Origin: the human T2T-CHM13v2.0 reference genome, Homo sapiens | Length of the DNA: 64,000 nucleotides | Assembly: GCF_009914755.1 (NCBI RefSeq) | Contig: NC_060925.1 | Strand: one strand, 5' to 3' | Shown here: positions 54,240 through 64,000 of the stretch, piece by piece | How positions within the stretch are numbered: the stretch's first letter is position 1 | Layout of the letters: each line of letters begins with the position of its first letter | Notes under the pieces: model-generated | What the model was told of the DNA's origin: nothing | What the model saw: the letters and a program-made list of their open reading frames with translations, nothing else | Databases searched by the model: none | Translations under genes and position numbers: made by a program

Positions 54240-55012
54240 GGGAAGGAAGGAATGAGAAAGAAGGAAAGAGGAAAAAAGAAAAAAGGAAGAAGGGAGGGGG
54301 AAAAGAAGAGAAAGAGAGGAAGAAATAAAAGAAAGAAAAGAAAACAGAGGTGGGGGAAGGAATGATGGAGAAAAAGAAAATATGAAAGGAAAAATGAAAA
54401 AAAAGAAGGAAGGGAGGGAAGGAAAAAGAAAACAAGAACGAAAAAAGAGAAAGAAGAAAGAAGGGAGAGGAGGGAGTGAGGAGGGGAGGGAGAAGGGAAG
54501 AAGGAAGGGAGGAGGGGAGGAAGGAGGGAAGGAGGGGAGGGAGGAGGGAAGGAGGGGAGGAAGGAGGGGAGGGAGTAAGGGAGGAAGGAGGGAAGGAAGG
54601 AGGGGAAGAGGTAAGGGAGGAAGGAGGGGAGGAGGGAAGGAAGGAGGGGAGGAGGGAAGGAAGGAGGGGAGGAAAGGGGAGAAAGGAAGGAAGGGAGGAG
54701 GGGAGGGAGGAGGCAGGAGGGGAGGGAGGAGGGAAGGAGGGGAGGAAGAGGGGAGGAAGGAAGGAAGGAGGGAAGGAAGGAGGGGAGGAGGGAAGGAAAA
54801 AAGGAAGGAAGGAGGGCAGGAGGGAAGGAAAGAGGGGAGGAGGGAAGGAAGGAGGGGAGGAAAGGGGAGAAAGGAAGGAAGGGAGGAGGGAAGGGAGGAG
54901 GCAGGAGGGGAGGGAGGAGGGAAGGAAGAAGGGGAGGAAGGAGGGGAGAAAGGAGGGAAGGAATGAAGGGAGGAGGGGAGGGAGGAGGAAGGAAGGAGGG
55001 AGGGAAGGCAGG
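54240..55012. repeat. ~770-bp polypurine (GGA/GGAA) tract
   Basis: Almost entirely G/A on the plus strand. Confidence 0.95.
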
Positions 55013-55103
55013 CAAGTGAGGAGATTATCTGGAAAGATCACTGAGGGACCCTGAGGTAAATCTTTAACATGTCAGATATGTGTTGTTAAACAATCCTTCT
55101 TCT

Positions 55104-55407
<304 letters not shown>

Positions 55408-56049
55408 TTAAAATAAATGGGAGGATAGGAGCTGAGACAGAAGCCTTTCAGCCCGTGCTGCAGGCAGCCCCAGCCCCAGGCATCATTGCGGTGGGAGACT
55501 GTGACGCTGAGAGGTTTCTGCTCTGTTCCTCCAGGGTTCAGGCCTCGGAGGATGGTAAGTGGGCTCCCCTCAGCCCAGCCTCCTCCCTAGATGTCTCCAT
55601 GTCGAGGTCTTTATTTTTATCTTAACACAAGGACCTGCTTTGTTTTGTTTTGTTTTGCACAGAGACTCACACAGGCTGGCTGTCAGGCCATGGCTATCCC
55701 TGCCTCTCTGCCTCCCTGCCCTGGCTGCAGGGCCAGCCCTGCTGCAGCTGCCGCCTGATTCCCTTCCTCACCACCCAGGGGAGCTGCTCCTTGGGACCTC
55801 CAGAATTCCTCTCCTCGGTTTGTGCCCAAGCACACCCTCAAATCGTTGACTGGAAGAGATGTGAGGGTGGTGAACTTTGCTGGAATTTGCCTGCCTGAAA
55901 CTGTCTTTATTCTAGTTTTTTAAAAGCAAGCTTGGCTAGGCGTGGACTTCTAGGTTGCAAATGACCCTTGCTACGAGTTTGCAAGGGGCCGCTGCATTTC
56001 AGCCCAGCATCCCTGCCGCAGGCCTGATACTCCAGGCTTGATGTGCACA

Positions 56050-56800
<751 letters not shown>

Positions 56801-56902
56801 AAAAGCTGACCTATTTTTTTTCTCACTAGATTTCTTGGGCTTTATATTTCCAATTTTTATTGAAAATAATTACTTCACTGGCCATATTTTTGTTTTCAGT
56901 AG

Positions 56903-57247
<345 letters not shown>

Positions 57248-57261
57248 AGATGATTTTCTTT

Positions 57262-57566
57262 CTTTTCTCCTTCCTTCCTTCCTTCCTTTTCTTTTCTTCC
57301 CTTCTTCCCTTTTTTGAGACAGAGTAGTGGCATGATCTTGGCTCACTGCAACCTCAACCTCCTGGGTTCAAGCGATTCTTCCACCTCAGCCTCCCAAGTG
57401 GCTGGGACTAGCTGCGCCCACCACCTATAATTTTTAAAAAATTGTTGTGCAGAGAAAGGGTCTTGCTATGTTGCCCAGGCTGGTCTTGAACTCCCGGACT
57501 CAAGCGATCCTCTGGCCTCAGTCTCCCAAAGTGCTGTGATTACAGGTGTGAGCCACTGCCCTAGGT
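57262..57566 (-). mobile_element. AluJ, antisense, partly deleted
   Basis: T-rich tail, then gagacagag...gggtcttgctatgttgcccaggctggtcttgaactc. Confidence 0.85.
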
Positions 57567-58320
57567 GGTATTTTTTTCCCCAGGTCTTCCTAATGATACT
57601 TATTAGAGTTTATTTAAAACTCTTGTCTGTGACCTGGATTATTTCTGTTTCTTTTAGCATCATTTTTTGGTCTGTCTCCCTGGAGCACTCACATTGATTC
57701 TGTGGACACATAAATCAGACCACATCTCACTTCTGCCTCAAACCTCTGACATCCAGAAAGCAAGGAAGTCCTCAGAGACTCAAAGAATCACAATGGCACT
57801 GCATTGAAACACACTGAATTTGAAAGAAGGAAGGACCCATGCATCTTTAGCAATACTAAAAAACAAACACAAATAAGGGAGGGAGAGTTTTCTTTCCTGA
57901 ATAATGACATCTCATCAGTGTAGCAGGGGAAACGGAATGAGAAAGCTGGAAGTGCTGATGTCAGGACTGAAACAGGAGCATCCGTGGGGCCCAGGAGAAT
58001 CGCCGTTCAAGGGCAGCTAACTCTTTACCTACCGAAGCAGACAGTCCCCAAAGACGAGGCATGGCCTTGATTGGAGCCTGGATCCGGGAAAAACACAAAA
58101 AGCAAGAGCAGCTCAAAGGAACACCACGGGAGGGAGGATAGGGCAGGACAGTGCAAACGCTGTGGGCCCCAGCCCATCCCGTCACGCTGTCACATGTGAA
58201 AGGAGAATGCCGATTCACGTACGGTACCAGATGCCTCCAACTTCCTCTCTAAGGGGCCAAAAAGCAAAAAGACATGCATCTTGTTTTTAGAGACAGAAGA
58301 GAAGAGAGATCAAATGACTA

Positions 58321-58754
58321 CAGCTCATCCTGGAATAACGTGGGGGTTAGGGGCACCAGCCCCCATGCAGTTGAAAATCCCCACATAAGTTTTGACTTCC
58401 CTGGAACTGAACTGCTAACAGCCTCCTGCTGACTGGAAGCCTTGAGGAGAATATGAACAGGTGATTAGCACGCATTCTGCATTATCTGTGTCACATACTG
58501 TGTTCGCACAATACAGCAAGCTAGAGTCTAGAAACGTTAGTGGGAAAATCCCAAGGAAGAGAAAACATAGTTCCTCTTCCCTGCATTGAATGGATCCTCC
58601 TAAACGCCTTTGTCCTCCCGGTCTTCAAGCTGCAAGGCTGAGGAGGAGGAGGGAGGGGACTTGGCCTCACTGTCTCAGAGGTGGCAGAGGCAGGAGAAAA
58701 TCTGCATGTAAGGGGCCCACACAGGGCAAATCCATGTTATTCAAGGGCCAGCTG
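58321..58754. mobile_element. Tigger2a (MER28) DNA transposon
   Basis: TA TSD on both sides; degenerate TIRs cagctcatcctggaataac / gttattcaagggccagctg; 434 bp. Confidence 0.85.
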
Positions 58755-61324
58755 TAAATGTGAGCAGTTGGTGAATCCTGGTGCAGGATGCTGGGCGCCA
58801 TGGCAGACCCTCAGGCATCCCGTGACCCCTGTGTCCCAGGTTCCTGCCCTGACCTGCTTCCTGCCCAGCAGAGCAGAGCAGCGGTGCACCCTCCCCACCC
58901 CTTTTGGCAGCTCCGCAGACTTCGAGGCCCCTCCTTCCAGCATACTCTCTCCATCACCCCCGCCTTGGGAAGTGGAGGAAGCCGCCCCTCAGAGAGGCCC
59001 TCATGGCAGGTTGCTGAGGATGGCCTCGGGAGGACAGCTCCCAAGGACCCAGGCCCTCCTTCTGACAGGGCATGGTGCCTGGAAGCAGAACCTGCCCCAG
59101 GCGAGCCTCAGATGAGACCCTGGCCCTGGCTGACACATCAAGAGACCCCGGGTCTGAGGCCCCAGTCCCCCGAAATGGGTGCTGATAAGCCTGTGTGGGT
59201 GAAAACCCATGCACGTGCACTCATCTGCCACCCAGCCCTGGACAGACCCAGGGTGCCTGTGAGAGCCACTGCTCCCTTCCACAGCTTAGGACTTGCTGCA
59301 GAAGGCAGGGAGGACTGGCTGCAGAGCTAAGGCCACCCCTGGAGGCCTGGCCTGGGCCACGCCCCACCCCAGCCTCTTCCCCTGTCTCTCCCCTCCTCTC
59401 CCTCCTCCTCTTTTAACTCCCCTCCTCCATCCTCTCCTCTCTCTCCTCTCCCCTCCTCCTTTCCCCTCCCTCCCTGCTGGGGAGGCCTCTGGCTGGTAAG
59501 CACAGCGGGAGCCCCCAGCTGTTGCCATGGATGTGGGCCCAACACAAACACAGGATGCTAGGCTCCTCTGCCAGCCCTGGACCCCCCACCTCCAGTCTGG
59601 CCCTGCGCAGGGTTGGGTGGGCAGATGAGGTCATTGCCATGGGAGCCCCCTCTGCAGGGCTGCAGGGGGAGTGTTTATTTGGTCTTGTTTCCCTGGCAAT
59701 CTGCTGGACCCCTGCTCCACTCCGTCCACCATCCACGGGGGCGTTCCAGCAAAGCCGGCCAGCCAGGCCCCGCTGCCCTTGGTGCCTACGCCAGCCCCTC
59801 CACCTGGCCTGGCCAGCCCCACAGCAGACCCCTGCCCAGAATCCCAGGCTATCAGGCAGGGGCTGCCTCCTAAGGGGTGGATAGGGAAACTAAGGCCCTG
59901 GAGCCTGGCAGAGGCAGGACCAGGCACAGCCAGGACTCTGGTCCCCAGCCTAGGCCCTCTGCAGCCCCCAGGAGTGGCCTGCTCTTTCCCGATCAGCCCC
60001 CTGGGCCTGGCTGACCCAAGGTCACCTCCAGGGAGGTGACAGCTCTGCCCAGCATCCGCTCCTCCTGGGCCAGCCAGTTGCTGTATGCACTGGGCAGTGG
60101 GCAGGGAGGGGCTTCCGAGGAGCACAGAGGCTGCAGAGAGAGTGAGCCCAGTGGGGCTTAGAGGAGCAGGGGCTCTAGTACACGTCAGGGGAACTAAGAA
60201 GACAGGCAGCATGGTCCGGGGACGAGATGCAGGATGGGTCAAGGCCACCCCCTTGTGAACATCCACCCCTGGCCCCAGGATGAGGCCCACCTACATGAAA
60301 AGGCCCCAGGAATAGAGTGTGCAGGCAGAGAAGGTGAACCCCTGGGACCCCAGGCCCCAATGCAGGGGCTGTGGCCTGTGTAGCCAGGTGGGGCAGGGAG
60401 TGAGTCTGAGCCTCCCACACCTCCAGACTCCTGCACCCCGGGGCCTCCTGGGCCACCTCCTTCTACCCTGACAGCAGCTGCCTGCCTCAGGAGCTGGCCC
60501 CAGAGCACCTACAGTGTGCAGCCTGGGCCAGACCCCATGGAGGCAGTGAGGACATCATCCTGGGGTCCCTAGCAGTTCCCAAGGTCCATGACACAGGAAG
60601 GGCAACACAGGACCCCACCACAGTCTGTCTGGGCTCTGGGGCGCCAGACTCATTCTTTGCACCCTCCCCTCCTCCTCCTCGTCCTTCCTCTTCCCTCGTC
60701 TCCTTCACCTCCTCCCCTACTCCTTCTCCCACCCTTCCCCCTCCTCCTCTCCAGCTTCTCCCTCCGTCTCTGAAGTCAGCCTGGAAGGCCAGGCAGGATC
60801 CCACTCAAACCTTCCTGCTGCACACCCCGGGCCCTTCTGAGACATTACCTAACCGCGCCTTCTTACCTAATCCCCTAGCCATCCCCTGCCGCTGCCTGGA
60901 GGGGAGCCAGATGCCTGCCACCGCCCCAGCCGCCTGGGCCCCACCAGCCTGGGCTCAAGCCTGGGCTTGCCTCTGGCCACCTGTGTGTCCTGGGCCTGTC
61001 TCCCACCTGCGAATGGCACCAGAGACCGCTCGGCTAAAGTAGCTCCATGCCCTCTGGGCCCTGCTTTCCTCACCCCCGCAAGCCAAGATGGGGATGCCCT
61101 GTTGTCTGGAAACTGCTCAGGAGCATCTGACCCGTGCTCGAGCAGGTGAGGAAGCACCTCGTGGATTCCAAGGTGTCTCCACCCACCTGGTGGATGTCGT
61201 TGGACAGGGTGGGCCCAGGGCCAGTGGGAGCTTGTCAGCTGGAGACCAGAGTGGGGGTAGGGGCCAGGCCTCAATCACCCAGGAAAGTCGAGGTAGGAGG
61301 CTAGAAAGGAGATGAGCTATGGCT

Positions 61325-62070
61325 CAGCACACACCTTCAGCACACACCTACAGCACTCAAGCACATGTGTGCATGCAGAGAGAGACGCATGACACAGACA
61401 CATGGACATGTGCATGCATGTGCATGTACCCACATGGACACATGCACCTGTGTGCAGAGACACACGACACAGACTCATGGACACATGTATGCACACATAT
61501 GAATGTAGCTGCATGAATCCAGCCACACATATGCACACATACATGCACTCACACATGTAGACAGATACACGGACCCAGCCATACATACATACGAGACACA
61601 CACAGACACAGATGCATAGGCCTAGCCATATACATGGATGCATGCAGACACACAAAAGATACACATATGTATGCACATGCATGCACAGACACCAATGCAT
61701 AGAACCAGCCACATGCACGCAGACACACTCGAGACACACATGCACATACAGACACAAATGCATGGAGTTAGCCACATATATGCATGCACACATGTGGACA
61801 CATGCACAGACCCAGCCACATGTATGCATGGAGACACATGCACAACACACACACATATGCATGCTCACATGTGGACAACACAAACCCAGCCACACACACA
61901 TGCATGCTTGCATATAAATGCACACAGACATGTGGACACATACAACACACATGCACACGTACACAATACCTGCAGACACAGATGCACTGACATGCAGACC
62001 CACACGAATCCAACCTCACACATACACATGTGCAGATGCAGACCAGACACACAGAGCATCCACCATACAC
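61325..62070. repeat. Degenerate (CA/CATG)n alternating purine-pyrimidine repeat
   Basis: cacatgtgcatgcatgtgcatgtac...; recurring cccagccaca anchor. Confidence 0.9.
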
Positions 62071-63044
62071 AGGGAACCCTAGCCCACACAACTGGACCCA
62101 GGACAAAGGGGGAGGGTTGGCTGTGCACAGTGGCCTGTCCAGCCAGTCCACCCACCAGCGACTTGTCTCCTCAGCAGCCTGGCCCCCGCCTGCCTGTCGC
62201 CTGCACCCGGATTGAATTCAGCTATGGTTTCACTGCTGTCACTCAGAAGAATGGTCTCATTCAGGCCACCTGCTCCCTGGCTGGACAGCTCACATCCCCC
62301 TCCCGCCTGGGCACAGAGGCCCAAGCCCCTGACCACCCTGCCCTGCACAGGCCTGTCCCTCCAGGCAGAGCTATCCAGTGTGGCTTCACCCGGCAGTGGC
62401 CAGAGGCTGAGGGCCAGGGGCCGGCACCAGGAAGCCCCCACCGGCCTCTTAGTAGGAGCTGTGGCCATGGGTCTGGAAAGGAAGCCTGGACTGTTCCCAT
62501 CAGGGAGATAATCCCACATTCCTCAGTGGGCAGCCCCTCCCTCCCCGGTGCTGTGGTGGGCGTGGACCTGGATGTCTGGGAGGGCACAGACCAGACGCGA
62601 GGTGGCAGGAGAGGGGCAGGCAGGGTCTGGAAGGGCAAGTGAGGGGTTTCCTGCAGGGCATGTTGCAGTGGTGGGGGACCCACAATGTGGGCTCAGAAGG
62701 GTGATGGAGGTGAGAGGAAGGTGAGGACTGTGGGCTGGGAACTGGCTTCGAGTCAGGGAGGTGAGGGGCTATGCCCAGAAGACCCCACATGCAGGGCAGG
62801 GGGATGATGAGGCCCTGCTTGTGACCCAGCAAGAGAGTGAGGGGCCTCCTTCAGCAAGAGGCTGTGGGCAGGAGTGGGATGGAGCTAGGTGTCTGAGAAG
62901 ACGGGGCTGGACAGGGCTTCCTGTGGCACCCCAGGCTCTCCAGCCTGGACATGGGAAGCACAGAGACTAGGGTCAGCTGGGGCCATACACGCAGCCTGGA
63001 GATGCCTGCCCAACAAAGGTGCCAAATGTGGCTGGGAGATGGGG

Positions 63045-63640
63045 CTTCTCCCCCAGGGTTCCTTCTTAAGTCCTCCTCCTCCCAACGGTCCTCCACTTCC
63101 TCAGGGCTGTCCTCCTCAGGTCCTCCTTCTTCCCAGGGCCCTCCTCCTCCCCAGGTCCTCCTCTTCTTCAGGGCTGTCCTCATCAAGTCCTCCTTCTTCC
63201 CAGGGCCCTCCTCCTCTCCAGGGCCCTCCTCTTCCCCAGGGCCCTCCTCCTCCCGAGGGCCCTCCTCTTCCACAGGGTCCTCCTCCTCCCCAAGTCCTCT
63301 TCCCAAGGGCCCTTCTCCTCCCCAGGTCCTCCTCTTTCCCCAGGCCCTCCTCCCCAGGGTCCTCCTCCTCTCCAGGGTCCTCCTCCTCCTGAGGGTGCTC
63401 CTTCTCCCCAGGGCCCTCCTCCTGTCCAGGTTCCTCCTCCTCCCCAGGGTCCTCCTTCGTGGATACCCCTTCTCCCCAAAACCTCCCCCTTCCTCCTCCT
63501 CCCTGGTCCCTCCTCCCAATTTCTCCTCCTTCCCAGGCATACCTCCCCGAGCCCACCTCCTCTCCAACCCTCTTTCTTGTCCTCCTCTTCGCAGAGGCCA
63601 ACTCCTAGGCCTCCTCCTCAGGCCCTCCTCCTCGTCCCAG
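63045..63640. repeat. 18-bp minisatellite (cctcctcctccccagggy)
   Basis: Repeated CCT triplets ending in caggg; translates as EEEGPG repeats on the minus strand. Confidence 0.9.
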
Positions 63641-63679
63641 GCCTACAGAAGCCCCTGTGAAGGCAGCAGACTGAGATGA

Positions 63680-64000
63680 GGCTATAATTTAAAATACATT
63701 TATTTAATGTTTCCATTTGTTTCTGGTTCTGTGACACAAAGCTGTTAAATAAATACATTCTCCACAGTCCCTCTGGGACGGGCCACACAGATGAGGTAGA
63801 GAAATCATTGCACGCACGGAGACTCGGAGCACAGACAGGGCCCCTCCCACCCACCCACACCTGGCCAGAAGCCACCTGGGGGTCCAGGTCCCTCAAGGCA
63901 GGGCCTGGTGCAGAGAAGGTGGCTGGGATCCCCTGGCCAAGGAGCGGGCTGAACCCCTCCCAACAGCCCTTTCTCCTCTACTGCCCCTCAGAAGAGAAGC
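63680..64000 (-). other. Distal 3'UTR of a minus-strand gene continuing beyond the window (WNT9A is a tentative, unverified candidate)
   Basis: PolyA signal, AU-rich element and unique non-repeat sequence; identity rests only on recalled locus layout. Confidence 0.55.
63699..63708 (-). terminator. Polyadenylation signal (overlapping ATTAAA/AATAAA) of a minus-strand transcript
   Basis: TTTATT 63699-63704 and TTTAAT 63703-63708; upstream UGUA and UAUUUAU; AT-rich island in GC-rich DNA. Confidence 0.7.

Noticed and set aside
61317-62642. 334-aa His/Thr-rich and 228-aa Cys/Val-rich ORFs
   Set aside because: Translations of the (CA/CATG)n repeat; no domain signal.
62851-63679. EEEGPG-repeat or collagen-like ORFs
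   Set aside because: Produced by the 18-bp minisatellite, open on both strands, and located beyond the polyA signal.

Overview
Human genomic DNA, identified by an L1HS-Ta insertion, an AluYc1-like element and an LTR5_Hs-like LTR. No protein-coding exon can be supported. Bases 1-27.8 kb are AT-rich and almost all nested transposon fossils: old L1M, a near-full-length dead L1PA7/8, ERVL internal sequence with LTR16, MST/MLT LTRs, a HERV-K solo LTR, MER75 and many Alus. Two insertions are very young (L1HS-Ta, AluYc1-like), and there are several templated-insertion scars. At about 27.8 kb the sequence becomes abruptly GC-rich and mostly unique. This half holds an orphan CpG island (~31.6-33.2 kb), compact clusters of developmental TF motifs (a perfect PBX-HOX9/10 site, HOX/CDX, SOX, STAT), several minisatellites and long purine/pyrimidine tracts. 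The last ~320 bp look like the 3' end of a minus-strand mRNA. The layout is reminiscent of the PRSS38-WNT9A interval on 1q42, but that is unverified recall. Long ORFs in the track come from L1 remnants or low-complexity repeats. Repeat subfamily names are by-eye matches to remembered consensus sequences.
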